A stretch of 64,000 nucleotides of DNA from Candidatus Thermosaccharophagus tengchongensis (GTDB taxonomy: Bacteria; Armatimonadota; Fervidibacteria; Fervidibacterales; Thermosaccharophagaceae). The stretch lies in assembly GCA_032161105.1 (NCBI GenBank), contig JAVHTD010000003.1; one strand, given 5' to 3'. Numbering within the stretch: position 1 is the first letter of the stretch; each line of letters starts with the position of its first letter. Under the pieces are notes generated by a model. That model searched no databases. It was not told where the DNA came from and worked only from the letters and a program-made list of their open reading frames with translations. This document shows, piece by piece, positions 51,722-62,276 of this stretch. A program made the translations under genes and the position numbers.

Positions 51722-53917
51722 TCACCGGCTTTTGTCCGAGCGGAAATGCACCATTGAAGCAAGTGAACGCAGGTCCTTTGCCGGGGATGACAGGTAAATC
51801 GGAGCACGACTCAACTTCACCTTTGAGGTCGCTATCTCGTTACCCATGATGTCATACGCTTTAACTGCACGCCCTAACGATAAATGTGCATTGGCAGTTT
51901 CGTCTGCGAGCCATGCAATTGCAGTCACGCCGTTTCTGGTGCGAAAGGCATAACAGCGTGAACGGCTTCCGAGGTTAAGCACTCCTAACGGAAGCGGGCT
52001 TGATGTGAGAAAGTTCGCTAAAGCAGCATGCATCGGCAGCGTCACTTTCGGTGTCCCATCAACCTCAAAAAACAAATCGCCAAGATGCCCGCCCGATGAC
52101 GCGCATCCACTTGCGTGAAAGATTTTGCCAACGCCATACGAAAGGAGGATTGCGACAAGGCGCACCATGCAAATGCCCATCTCAAGCTCATCCTGAGGGC
52201 TGCTCAAAGGCTGTGCGCCTGAGCCTTCGCCCGATAATGACCAATACCATGTGAGCCAGATTGGCTTTCGCCCACCACGCGCATCAATTTGAGCAAGCAG
52301 CTTCTTCATCAGCTGCTCAAGCGCCTCCGATGGGATTTGAGCGGAGCGAATTTCAACTGCAAGCGCATCAACAAACTTCAGCCCACCGGAGGCGACGAAC
52401 TCATTTGCAAACTCAAGGGCTGCTTCAGCTTCGCCAGCACTTATTCCGCCAAGGAGGAGGCAGTCGCGGCATAAGCCCTTGGCTATGCTGTAAGCAGCTT
52501 TCATCAACTCAATGTATCCGCCACATTGGAGGTCACGCTGCCGCGAGCAGGCCGCATGCGGTAACACAGGATGGATCAGCTCAAATGCCACCACGCGAGT
52601 CCGGTAGCGTCTCACCTCAACGCCAAAAAGCTCCGCAAGCCGCTTCGCTCTTACTGCTTGTGATGACTCAACGCACTCCCCGGTTAAACCCTCCTCATCC
52701 CCAACCTCACAACACTCCAACGCCCTTGAAAGTTGATTGGTTGAGATTGAAAGCAAAGGGTGCACACCGAGCTTTAGCGCCAAATCAACTTTGGCATTAA
52801 CATCGGCACCATCACCTATAGCTCCAACTGCTGCAGCCTCCGCCAACCGAATTTTACGCCAGAGCAATCCAGCACGCTTTGCAAGCAACAGCAACTCACC
52901 GCACGCATGGACATCCTCCGCACCAAATGGTGAATCAACGCCATCAAACTTGCGCAGCACAGCACATCGGGCTTCCGCATTCGCAATTGGATGCCGAGAG
53001 TCATCGTAGGCGTGTGCCCTCACAAGATAAAACCCAAACGCCTTTGGCAGAACATCGTGCAGCGGGACGATGATCCGGCTTGCCATCAAGGCTTTGGTGC
53101 GGACCTCGCGATGTGAGACGGCAACTCCATTAAAGTCGTAAGCTCGGACATCAATGCTCACATCGGAATCTGCACCATCGTTGTATCCCACAAGGCACAG
53201 CTTTGCATCGCCGGAATTCACCCACACATTTGTGGGCGAGTTTGAGGTGATGAAGAGCTCAAACTGCGATAGCGGTCTGTAGGCGCTCGGTGCATCACCG
53301 CATTCAAGTTGAATTGCATCCACAAAAATTGAGCCCGCTTCACACCAACCCTCACAGCGGCAATGACCTATCACCACTGAAGCAAACTCCTCGCGAGCCA
53401 CAAATGTAAACGAATAGCGCCGCCAAGAGTTTGATGGCTTAAATTGGCGCCCATGAGAATCGCCGCTTCGGTAGCGAAGCATCAATGTGGCAATGGCATC
53501 ACAATCAGAACGCATGAATGCCGAAAGGGTGTAAGTCCTACCGGCGCAGAGCTTAATCCAACCGCTTGAGGCAACGAGCACATTAACGGCGGAAGCATTT
53601 GCTTTGAACAGCCCAGACATGCTTATAGGCGCGCCAACACTCAAGCTCAGCACCATCTTACCGTGTGGGGCATCGTCAACCTCAATTACATCGCCATGCA
53701 ATTTCCAAAGGCTGCCCACAGTGCCGACCTGCGGAGGATAACCACGCCACCCAACTGAACCGCACTCAAAGCTGCTGTTTGGGATGAGGTTTACTGAGCC
53801 ATTCGCATCCTCGCAATGCGCCTGCGAATCCAAATTGGCGCATGCCAAGGCAAAAGACAACCACGCGATGAGGTGAGCAATGCACCGTCCGTCGGTGCTG
53901 TGAGGGTTCACAATCAT
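51722..53917 (-). CDS. Secreted protein: CBM-like domain + degenerate clan GH-A-like barrel
   Basis: NLIPNSSFECG, YTLSAFMR, WRRYSFTF, VDAIQLE, SPFG, KPIWLT; ATGA overlap with nnr stop. Confidence 0.55.
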   Translation of the reverse strand: MIVNPHSTDGRCIAHLIAWLSFALACANLDSQAHCEDANGSVNLIPNSSFECGSVGWRGYPPQVGTVGSLWKLHGDVIEVDDAPHGKMVLSLSVGAPISMSGLFKANASAVNVLVASSGWIKLCAGRTYTLSAFMRSDCDAIATLMLRYRSGDSHGRQFKPSNSWRRYSFTFVAREEFASVVIGHCRCEGWCEAGSIFVDAIQLECGDAPSAYRPLSQFELFITSNSPTNVWVNSGDAKLCLVGYNDGADSDVSIDVRAYDFNGVAVSHREVRTKALMASRIIVPLHDVLPKAFGFYLVRAHAYDDSRHPIANAEARCAVLRKFDGVDSPFGAEDVHACGELLLLAKRAGLLWRKIRLAEAAAVGAIGDGADVNAKVDLALKLGVHPLLSISTNQLSRALECCEVGDEEGLTGECVESSQAVRAKRLAELFGVEVRRYRTRVVAFELIHPVLPHAACSRQRDLQCGGYIELMKAAYSIAKGLCRDCLLLGGISAGEAEAALEFANEFVASGGLKFVDALAVEIRSAQIPSEALEQLMKKLLAQIDARGGRKPIWLTWYWSLSGEGSGAQPLSSPQDELEMGICMVRLVAILLSYGVGKIFHASGCASSGGHLGDLFFEVDGTPKVTLPMHAALANFLTSSPLPLGVLNLGSRSRCYAFRTRNGVTAIAWLADETANAHLSLGRAVKAYDIMGNEIATSKVKLSRAPIYLSSPAKDLRSLASMVHFRSDKSR

Positions 53918-55542
53918 TGCTGTTTCCTCCCGCGCGACACAAACCACACCCTTGCACTCAGCGGGCGAAGGCAAATGGGCATCCACATGTCCGGTTGCGT
54001 TATCGCCTTCGGAAGGTATTCAATCAAGTCGCCGGCGATGAGGGAGACCTCGCCTTTATCCCATGACGCCATATCACCGGCTAAGCCGTGAAGGAAAGCG
54101 GCACACGCAGCTGCTTCAAACGGTTCGTTCCCTTGCGCAATCAATCCGGCTATCAAACCGGTGAGCACATCACCCGTGCCACCACTCGCCATGCCGGGGT
54201 TGCCAGTCAAGTTTATGTATGCATTTCCATCTGGGGAGGCAATGATGGTGTGAGCGCCTTTGAGCACAACAACGGCATTCAGCTCGCCAGCAACACTCTG
54301 AGATATGCCGATGCGATCGGCTTGCACTTCGGCAACCGTCTTCCCAGTCAGCGCAGCCATCTCACCAGGATGAGGCGTCAGCACAAGCTCACAAGCACGC
54401 TTTTTCAGCTCTTCCATCCTCCCAGCGAATGCCATAATCCCGTCGGCATCAAGCACGATGGTTTTTGTTGAGTTGGAAACGACCTGACGCACGAACTCTT
54501 GCGTCTCCGGCACCCTTGATATACCCGGACCAATAGCAAGCACATCAACTGCTTTCATGCGCTCAAGGACAACATCAATTGCGCCCAAGGATATACTCAT
54601 TGCGCTCGTTTCCGGCAGCGGCAAGCTCATCGCCTCAATGGCTGCAGCCTCAAAGGCTATGTTTAGGCTCTTTGGGAGCGCCACTGTCACCAATCCTGCA
54701 CCGCCACGCAGCGCTGCCATGCCGCACATCATTGCAGCGCCGGTCATCCCAGCAGAACCACCGATGACGAGCACCCTGCCGTAATCGCCCTTGTGCGTGT
54801 TGGGTGCCCTCGGCTTATAGCAATTCCAAACGAGCTCTTCAGTCGTCACCTTCACCCATGGTTCAAATGACTCAAACAACTCCTTCGGCACACCTATGTA
54901 GCCGAGAAACAAATCCCCAACATGCTCAGCGCCTGGGAAGAGTAACAATCCACGCTTTATTGCGCCAAGCGTAACCGTCACATCCGCATTGATGCATACA
55001 CCACAAACTTCGCCCGTGTCGGAATTGAGTCCCGATGGGACATCCACAGCCACAACATGCTTCCCGCACGAATTGATAACTTTCACGGCATCGGCTATGA
55101 TTCCCCTGACCTCACCGGTTATCCCGGTGCCGAGCAACGCATCAATGACAAGCTGTGCCTCCCTCAAAGCCGCCTCAAATTCCGCCAGCTTTGATTCATC
55201 CACAACCTCAACTACAGGTATGCCGATGCTCGCTGCGGAAGCACAGTTGATGGCAGCATCGCCTTTTAAGTCGCTGGCTCGCGCCATCAGGTAGACGCTC
55301 ACATTAACGCCCATGTTGTGAAGATGCCTTGCAATGGCTAACCCATCACCGCCGTTGTTCCCGCGCCCACAGGCAACAGCAACCTTTTGCTTTGGTTCAA
55401 CCCCAACATGCTTCTCAAGCACCTCAACGACGCTTAGTGCCGCATTCTCCATGAGCACGATTGATGGCACACCAAGTTGCTCGGCAGCTCTCCTGTCGCA
55501 TTCCCTGCTCTGAAACGATGTGAGCACATGCCTTGTAAGCAT
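53914..55542 (-). CDS. nnr: Bifunctional NAD(P)HX epimerase/dehydratase
   Basis: LMENAA, GNNGGDG, DALLGTG, HKGDYG, LTPHPGE, GGTGDVLTG. Confidence 0.94.
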   Translation of the reverse strand: MLTRHVLTSFQSRECDRRAAEQLGVPSIVLMENAALSVVEVLEKHVGVEPKQKVAVACGRGNNGGDGLAIARHLHNMGVNVSVYLMARASDLKGDAAINCASAASIGIPVVEVVDESKLAEFEAALREAQLVIDALLGTGITGEVRGIIADAVKVINSCGKHVVAVDVPSGLNSDTGEVCGVCINADVTVTLGAIKRGLLLFPGAEHVGDLFLGYIGVPKELFESFEPWVKVTTEELVWNCYKPRAPNTHKGDYGRVLVIGGSAGMTGAAMMCGMAALRGGAGLVTVALPKSLNIAFEAAAIEAMSLPLPETSAMSISLGAIDVVLERMKAVDVLAIGPGISRVPETQEFVRQVVSNSTKTIVLDADGIMAFAGRMEELKKRACELVLTPHPGEMAALTGKTVAEVQADRIGISQSVAGELNAVVVLKGAHTIIASPDGNAYINLTGNPGMASGGTGDVLTGLIAGLIAQGNEPFEAAACAAFLHGLAGDMASWDKGEVSLIAGDLIEYLPKAITQPDMWMPICLRPLSARVWFVSRGRKQQ

Positions 55543-55610
55543 GGGCTTTTACCTCCCACGACCTTGCTCACGGGTTTAGTGGGTGAGTTCATGATGCAAC
55601 GGCATGCGGT

Positions 55611-56813
55611 TTAACCTTCATCCGATAGACGGCGAAGCACGCTGCGAGTGACCATCGTTGGCAAGCCAAAGATTTTGATGAAGCCCTCCGATGCACGATG
55701 GTCAAACTGGTCAGCACGGTCATATGTGGCGAGCTCATACCTGTAAAGCGAGAATGGGGATTCTCGCCCTACAACCATGCATGTGCCTTTGAACAGCTTG
55801 AGCCTGACCGTGCCCGTTACGGTGCGCTGTGTTGCATCCATGAACGCATCCAAAGCCTCGCGCAGCGGGTGATACCATAGCCCATAGTAGACCACTTCGG
55901 CATACTTGAGCTCAAGCCCGCGCTTGAAGTGAATCAAATCCCTTTCAAGCGTGAGTGCCTCAAGCGCTTTATGCGCCGTTATGAGAGTGATGGCTGCAGG
56001 CGCTTCATATACCTCACGCGACTTTATTCCGACAAGCCTGTTTTCAATCATGTCCACTCGCCCGATGCTGTGTCTGCCTGCGACCAAGTTCAAATGCGAT
56101 ATGAGTTTGACCAAGTCCATGCGCTCGCCATCAACCGCCACCGGCACGCCGCGCTCAAACTCAACCGTGATGTATTGCGGCTCGTCGGGCGCGTGAGCCT
56201 GCGGTGTTGTCCACTCAAATACCTCCTCGGGCGGCTCCTGTGCCGGGTCTTCAAGCTTGCCACACTCAATGCTTCTCCCCCAAAGGTTTTGGTCTATGCT
56301 GTATGGGCTTTCAACATCAACTGGTATCGGTATGCCATGCTCCCTTGCGTATTCAATTTCCTCCTCACGGCTCATTCCCCACTCCCTTGCTGGTGCGATG
56401 ATTTTGAGTGACGGGTCAAGCGCCCTGAAAGTCACCTCAAAGCGGACTTGGTCATTGCCTTTGCCAGTTGCACCGTGAGCAACTGCATCGGCGCCAATTT
56501 CATGCGCCACTTCAACAACCTTCTTTGCAATAAGCGGGCGTGCCATCGCTGTAGCCAATGGATAGCCATCCTCGTAGATGGCATTCGCCTTCAAACACGG
56601 CGTTATGAAGTCCTTGGCGAATTCATCCCTTGCATCAATGAGGAAGGCTTGCTTTGCGCCTATGCGAAGCGCCTTCTGTCTTATCGCTTCATAGTCCTTG
56701 ACCTCACCAACATCAACGGTGACTGTCACGACCTCGGCGTTATATCGCTCAGCAAGCCATCGTATAGCGACCGATGTATCCAAGCCGCCGGAATACGCAA
56801 GCACAACCTTCAT
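55611..56813 (-). CDS. argG: Argininosuccinate synthase
   Basis: LAYSGGLDTS, HGATGKGNDQVRFE, ENRLVGIKSRE. Confidence 0.97.
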   Translation of the reverse strand: MKVVLAYSGGLDTSVAIRWLAERYNAEVVTVTVDVGEVKDYEAIRQKALRIGAKQAFLIDARDEFAKDFITPCLKANAIYEDGYPLATAMARPLIAKKVVEVAHEIGADAVAHGATGKGNDQVRFEVTFRALDPSLKIIAPAREWGMSREEEIEYAREHGIPIPVDVESPYSIDQNLWGRSIECGKLEDPAQEPPEEVFEWTTPQAHAPDEPQYITVEFERGVPVAVDGERMDLVKLISHLNLVAGRHSIGRVDMIENRLVGIKSREVYEAPAAITLITAHKALEALTLERDLIHFKRGLELKYAEVVYYGLWYHPLREALDAFMDATQRTVTGTVRLKLFKGTCMVVGRESPFSLYRYELATYDRADQFDHRASEGFIKIFGLPTMVTRSVLRRLSDEG

Positions 56814-57029
56814 GAGAAATCGCCTCCGTCTCACGCTCACCATCCACAACACAGTGATGGCGCTCAAGGAAATGTCATATGCAACTATGCCGCAAGCTCC
56901 CACCATTGGTATAAGGTTGGGTGGGCTAAACTTTGGATTTGATGTCCGTCACCGATGGCGTTGCTTTTCAACCGGCGATGAAGCGGCTCAACCTGCTGGA
57001 TGGACAATCTGTTAAGGTGGAGATGCGCA

Positions 57030-57941
57030 ATGAGCATCGTTGGCGTGCGAGTCAAAGTGCCAGCGTCAATAGCCAACATTGGCAGTGGCTTTGATGCGCT
57101 CGGGTTAGCCATATCATGGCATAACATCGTTGAGGTTGAACGCTCACATCGGCTTAGGATTGAGGTTTACGGTGAGGGCGAAGGCGAGCTGCCAAAGGAC
57201 GAGAGCAACATCTGTTACAGGGCATTCGCATCGGCGTGCCAATTGGTCGGTGAGAAGACACCACACATCACCATGCGCTTACATAACTTCATACCGATTG
57301 CGAGGGGATTGGGAAGCTCAGCTGCAGCGCGCGTAGGCGGCATACTTGCGGGGATAACCTTGCTCCAGAGGGAATTGAAAACGGGAGATGTGTTGAAGCT
57401 TGCAGCTATGTTGGAGGGGCACACGGACAATGTAGCAGCAGCACTCCTTGGCGGCTTCGTCATATCCGGGTGGAAGGTGGACAGCGGTGTATTCGCCATG
57501 CGCCTCCCAATCAAGGAAGCGCCTCAATTGGTTGTGCTCATCCCAAGCTGCAGGATTCCGACCGAACTTGCGAGGAGTGTCCTGCCAAATAGCATCCCAT
57601 TGAGTGACGCGGTATTCAACCTCAGCAGAGCCTGTTTAACAGTTGGCGCACTTGTGTGCGGCGAACTTGAGCAGCTCCGCGAAGCCCTCATGGATAGGCT
57701 GCATCAACCTTACAGGCAAAAGCTCATGCCATGGATGAACGATGTCATGAAAGCCGCATCGGATGCGGGCGCACTCGGAGCATGCCTCAGCGGCGCTGGG
57801 TCGGCAATGGTTGCATTCGTCACAGGCAATGCCGATGCCGTCTCGGAAGCCATGCTCAAGGCGCTTCAAAGGCATGGCGTTGATGGATATACTAAGATTG
57901 TGCAAGTGGACGGAGAGGGTGCGCAGATTGAAAGGTGGTGA
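57030..57941 (+). CDS. thrB: Homoserine kinase
   Basis: VPASIANIGSGFDALG, RGLGSSAA, EGHTDN, LHQPYR, LSGAG. Confidence 0.94.
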   Translation: MSIVGVRVKVPASIANIGSGFDALGLAISWHNIVEVERSHRLRIEVYGEGEGELPKDESNICYRAFASACQLVGEKTPHITMRLHNFIPIARGLGSSAAARVGGILAGITLLQRELKTGDVLKLAAMLEGHTDNVAAALLGGFVISGWKVDSGVFAMRLPIKEAPQLVVLIPSCRIPTELARSVLPNSIPLSDAVFNLSRACLTVGALVCGELEQLREALMDRLHQPYRQKLMPWMNDVMKAASDAGALGACLSGAGSAMVAFVTGNADAVSEAMLKALQRHGVDGYTKIVQVDGEGAQIERW

Positions 57942-57944
57942 AAG

Positions 57945-58265
57945 ATGGCGCGTAGCGATAAGGCAATTGCGGGTAGCGTTATCGGCATGCTCACATTCGT
58001 CGCCGGAATAACGCTGCTCGTAATCTCATTCGCCCTCACTTACAGCTTTTTCAATCAACTTGGAAACGAGAGGGCTGCGCTGTTCAACAATCTCCCTCAA
58101 GAGCCGAAGATGCTCATCAGTGCAGCATTGGGTTGGATATTGCGCTTGCTTTTCCGGCTGACTTGCTTGCTCATCATGGGGCTCATTGCCTCGCTTATCG
58201 CTGCTCGCGGCGCTCAGATGTATGGCGCTTCAATGACTTCGGCAAACTATAAGTCGCGGGAGTAG
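57945..58265 (+). CDS. Small two-TM hypothetical protein
   Basis: Two hydrophobic segments; starts 3 nt after thrB. Confidence 0.65.
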   Translation: MARSDKAIAGSVIGMLTFVAGITLLVISFALTYSFFNQLGNERAALFNNLPQEPKMLISAALGWILRLLFRLTCLLIMGLIASLIAARGAQMYGASMTSANYKSRE

Positions 58266-58379
58266 GGTGAGACGAGCAACCAATTCCTCGTGAAGTGATG
58301 ACAGCTCAAGTTGAGTCTCACGGTGATGGCGAACATGAACAGCAAGCCACAGCGCGAGCAACCACAAATGAAGGATAAG

Positions 58380-58664
58380 ATGGGCATGGAGAAGAAACGG
58401 CTACATGCCATCGTCCTCGGCTTGGTTCAGGGTGTTGGGTATCGTTACTTTACGCTGTGGGAGGCTGCAAGGCTTGGGTTGACCGGCTATGTGCGCAACT
58501 TGCCCGATGGCTCCGTTGAAGTTGTAGCAGAGGGGACTCAAGAGCAGCTTGAAAAGCTGCTTGAGAGGCTTCATCAAGGTCCACCTGCAGCCAAGGTGCG
58601 CAAGGTGATTGTGAAATGGGGCGAGGCTAAGAACGAGTTTGACAGGTTTGGAGTGAGGTTCTGA
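58380..58664 (+). CDS. acyP: Acylphosphatase
   Basis: [26 protein letters not shown]. Confidence 0.92.
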   Translation: MGMEKKRLHAIVLGLVQGVGYRYFTLWEAARLGLTGYVRNLPDGSVEVVAEGTQEQLEKLLERLHQGPPAAKVRKVIVKWGEAKNEFDRFGVRF

Positions 58665-58702
58665 TGTCTGTGTGATGCTCACCGTTCCAACACACCATTT
58701 GG

Positions 58703-60709
58703 GTGAGAGGGATGCGCCTTCCGTTGCTCACAGCTGCGCTCAGTTTGATTTGCGTATCCGCCTACACTGCGCCATCAGCCGGCGATGCGGGCTCGCAAGC
58801 ATTCGTGTTAATGCAGCTTGGCGAGATTGGGGCAGCAGCGAAGGCGCTTATTGACTCCAGCAATCCTGATGATGTAATGTGGCGTGCTGCAGCTGCCATC
58901 ACCTGTCTCTCTGCGGGCGAGTTTAGCGGGGCTTACAAAATTGCCCTATCAGCGCTTGAGCATTGCCATGATGAAACTTTGATGCTCGCTGCAGCGCTGT
59001 CAGCCATAGGGTGCGGGGATGGTGAAGCCGCTGTGCAACTCCTTACACAGCTTGTAGCATCACAACCCAAGCGTCACCAAATCCTCCCAAGGCTCCTGCT
59101 CAACCTTCTCGGAGTGAGCGCAGACGATGGCGATGGGTTTGAGGTGTGCGAAGAGGCTGCCCTCTTTCTTCGCTCGTTCCTATTGATGGAGCGCGGCAAG
59201 TTGGCGCCGGCAAAAGAGTGTTTGCAAAGGTTGAGGGAGAACATCACGAGTAGAATGAAGTCGCCCAATTTTAACTCGGCTGCTATGCTGCGCATCTCGC
59301 TGGCAGCCGTTGGCGGCAGCGTGAGGCTCATTATGTTCACTCCGCACGCTGATGCGCTCCCAAGAGAAACAGTCCAACACATCCTAACAGCAGCACTCGG
59401 CTCAACTGATGCCGTTCACCGAACAGCACCCATACGCCGCGCATCGCCCTTCCTCACGCTCCCACTGGGAGGAAAACCTGGCGGCGATGAGGCAAAGCTT
59501 GTGAGCGGGAAGACCAAAATCAGCGTTGACACATCGGCATTCACCAATGTCTCACATGTGACCTTCTATGTGGACTGCCAACCGAGATACACTGCAACTC
59601 ACCCGCCATTCGTGTGGGAATGGGACACGAGCAATGAGCTGCCGGGGGTCCACACGCTGTCTGTCATTGTCTTTAAGCGCGATGGCTCCGCATGCGCTGC
59701 AAGCAGCCAAAAGGTGTTTGTGGTCACGCCTATTGAGGAGGCAGCTCATGCGAAGGTGAGAGCTTCAAGTGATGTGCCCACTGTGCCAGCCATCAGGAGG
59801 ACATCTGGAGCGAAGAGCACAACCGAATTGACGCAAACCGGGCTTCGCCATACAGCAATGGCTTATGAGATGCAGCAACCCTTCCGCATGCCACCCATAC
59901 GCCTGATTGATGTGGACAGCAACTCCGTTGAACATTTGCTTGGCTTAGTCTATGCCGCCTCGGGAGATTACCATGAGGCATTTCACATCCTCGGAAAGCT
60001 GTATTGGCGCACGCGCAGTGAATCCCTGCTTGGGCAATTGCTAAGGCTGCGCCAAATGATGATCCCGCAATATGCCAACATGCCATTAATCGTAAATTCG
60101 GCTCCCAACAGGGGGAAGGCGGTCGCGCTCACATTTGACGACGGACCAAGACCACCATACACCGAACGAATACTTGAGCTGCTCTCCCGCTACAACGCCA
60201 AAGCTACCTTCTTCGTCGTGGGCGAGATGGTGCAACTTTATCCCGAACTGCTCCGAGCTATAGTCAATGCCGGACATGAAGTCGGCAATCACTCATACAC
60301 TCACACACCTTCAAGGCTGCTGACCAAACACGACATTGATTCCGAGCTGCTGCTCACAGACATAGTCACTTCGGAGACATGCAATATTCATCCGCTGCTC
60401 TTCCGCCCGCCAGGCGGAGGCATATCGGAGCAACTCATCTCGGCGCTATCGGAACAGCGTTACATATGCTCCCTTTGGAACATCAACATAGGCTCATACC
60501 GGGGCACGCCTGCAGAAGTCGCCTCCCGCATGCTCAGCGCTGTAAGGAGCGGCTCTGTAATCTTGATGCACAACGGCATGGATATGAGCGTTGATGTGCT
60601 GCCATACCTGCTTGATGGATTGAGGGCTTTAGGGTATAAAGTCACATCGCTCGGCGAGTTGCTCGGAATAAGCAGCACAAGCTGCGATAGCTTAAAGCAA
60701 CGAAGGTGA
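58703..60709 (+). CDS. Secreted TPR-like + Ig-like + NodB/CE4 polysaccharide deacetylase
   Basis: Signal peptide; PFVWEWDT..GVHTL; LTFDDGP, GNHSYTH, FRPPGG, ILMH. Confidence 0.8.
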   Translation: MRGMRLPLLTAALSLICVSAYTAPSAGDAGSQAFVLMQLGEIGAAAKALIDSSNPDDVMWRAAAAITCLSAGEFSGAYKIALSALEHCHDETLMLAAALSAIGCGDGEAAVQLLTQLVASQPKRHQILPRLLLNLLGVSADDGDGFEVCEEAALFLRSFLLMERGKLAPAKECLQRLRENITSRMKSPNFNSAAMLRISLAAVGGSVRLIMFTPHADALPRETVQHILTAALGSTDAVHRTAPIRRASPFLTLPLGGKPGGDEAKLVSGKTKISVDTSAFTNVSHVTFYVDCQPRYTATHPPFVWEWDTSNELPGVHTLSVIVFKRDGSACAASSQKVFVVTPIEEAAHAKVRASSDVPTVPAIRRTSGAKSTTELTQTGLRHTAMAYEMQQPFRMPPIRLIDVDSNSVEHLLGLVYAASGDYHEAFHILGKLYWRTRSESLLGQLLRLRQMMIPQYANMPLIVNSAPNRGKAVALTFDDGPRPPYTERILELLSRYNAKATFFVVGEMVQLYPELLRAIVNAGHEVGNHSYTHTPSRLLTKHDIDSELLLTDIVTSETCNIHPLLFRPPGGGISEQLISALSEQRYICSLWNINIGSYRGTPAEVASRMLSAVRSGSVILMHNGMDMSVDVLPYLLDGLRALGYKVTSLGELLGISSTSCDSLKQRR

Positions 60710-61434
60710 CAGCCATGCACAAATTTGAGTGTGAATCAATCCCACGGAATGCCGCAAAGACGAGCTGTGCAACTAACTTCACCCTCCTTCTGCTGATGTT
60801 GAGTTCGCCCATCATCACACTGTTTGCCACAACGATATACGAGCGCTCCCTTGCGCATGCAAGCAGCGCCGCAGAGGAAGTGAAGCATCGCCATGCCCTC
60901 AGGAACTATATGCCCATAACATCATTTGCGCATTTCAGCCATGACGCAATGATGGTGCGAGATCAAGCCGTTGATATACTTTGGCTTATGAGCGACCGCT
61001 ATTTTCATGTTGGCGATTATGAGTCGGCAGTCCGAATGCACTATGCGAGCATCGCTCTTGACCCGCAGTTTGTTGAAGCATACTCCGTTGCGGCATGGCT
61101 GCTTGACAGCATGGACAGGACTGAGGAAGCGCTCTCACTTCTTGAGCGCGGCTTTAGCGTTAACAGGTTCTCGTATCAGTTGCCGTTTGACATCGGATTC
61201 ATCCTCACACGCCACAAGAAGTTTGAGGAAGCCGTCAAGTGGTATGAAATTGCGGCGCAGCTTCCGGCGCCATTCTGGGTGAGACACGCCTTGGCACATG
61301 CCTACGAGAAAATTGGCAAGCTGAAGGATGCTTTAAGGGTTTGGGAGATGAGGCTCAAGGAATCGCCGGATGACCCGGTCGTCAAGCGGAATTATGAGCG
61401 TGTCCTCAAGCTGATTGAGGAAAGGATGAGGTGA
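60706..61434 (+). CDS. TPR protein
   Basis: ALDPQFVEAY, EEAVKWYE, LAHAYEKIG. Confidence 0.75.
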   Translation: MTAMHKFECESIPRNAAKTSCATNFTLLLLMLSSPIITLFATTIYERSLAHASSAAEEVKHRHALRNYMPITSFAHFSHDAMMVRDQAVDILWLMSDRYFHVGDYESAVRMHYASIALDPQFVEAYSVAAWLLDSMDRTEEALSLLERGFSVNRFSYQLPFDIGFILTRHKKFEEAVKWYEIAAQLPAPFWVRHALAHAYEKIGKLKDALRVWEMRLKESPDDPVVKRNYERVLKLIEERMR

Positions 61435-61442
61435 ACTTATAA

Positions 61443-62276
61443 GTGCTGCTCAAGCGAATTAGGGATGTCTTGGAGGAATTGCACCAACATCGCATAAGCG
61501 TTGAAGAGGCGATTGATAAGCTTCGCACGCTCCCATTTGAGGAACTCGGGTTTGCCAAGCTTGACCATCACAGGATATTGAGGCGGGGCTTTCCAGAAGT
61601 TGTGTTCTGTCAGGGCAAAACCGTGGAGCAGGTTAAGGCAATCGTTGAGGCCATGTCAAAAAGTGGCGCATCAGTCCTCGCCACAAGGGCAACGCCGCAA
61701 ATGTATGAGGCAGTTAAAGAAGTCCTACCGCACGCTGAATACCACGAACTCGCACGCATGATTGTCGTTCGCTCCCGTGAGGAGAAGCCGAGAGAGGATG
61801 AATTCGTTCCAACCGTTGCCGTCATATCCGCCGGCACCGCTGATATGCCAATCGCAGAAGAGGCAGCATTAACGGCGGAGCTCTTCGGGATGCGCGTCAT
61901 GCGGATTTACGATGTGGGTGTGGCTGGCTTGCACCGCCTGCTTGACCACAGGCAAGCAATTGAGGAGGCAAACATCATTATCGTCGTCGCCGGGATGGAA
62001 GGGGCGCTTCCAAGTGTAGTCGCTGGTTTAGTTGCGCAGCCCGTCATTGCCGTCCCAACAAGCGTCGGCTATGGGGCGAGTTTTCAAGGGCTTGCCGCAC
62101 TGCTTGCGATGCTCAATTCATGTTCGCCGGGGCTCGTTGTGGTCAACATTGACAACGGCTTTGGTGCTGGCTATTTCGCAGCGCTCGTCGGTGCACACCT
62201 GCGCAAGGCATGGGGCGAGGGCATAAAGAGGGCAGGTCATGTTACTTCACCTGATAGCAACGCCAGCTCCCTTTAG
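61443..62276 (+). CDS. larB: Nickel-pincer cofactor biosynthesis protein LarB (PurE-like)
   Basis: DHHR..RRGFPEV, AGTAD, DVGVAGLHRL, AGMEGALPS, PTSVGYG, VNIDNGFGA. Confidence 0.92.
   Translation: MLLKRIRDVLEELHQHRISVEEAIDKLRTLPFEELGFAKLDHHRILRRGFPEVVFCQGKTVEQVKAIVEAMSKSGASVLATRATPQMYEAVKEVLPHAEYHELARMIVVRSREEKPREDEFVPTVAVISAGTADMPIAEEAALTAELFGMRVMRIYDVGVAGLHRLLDHRQAIEEANIIIVVAGMEGALPSVVAGLVAQPVIAVPTSVGYGASFQGLAALLAMLNSCSPGLVVVNIDNGFGAGYFAALVGAHLRKAWGEGIKRAGHVTSPDSNASSL

Noticed and set aside
61443..62276. Complete lactate racemase/nickel-pincer cluster
   Set aside because: Only larB is present; larA, larC and larE are not in the window and dispersed lar genes are common
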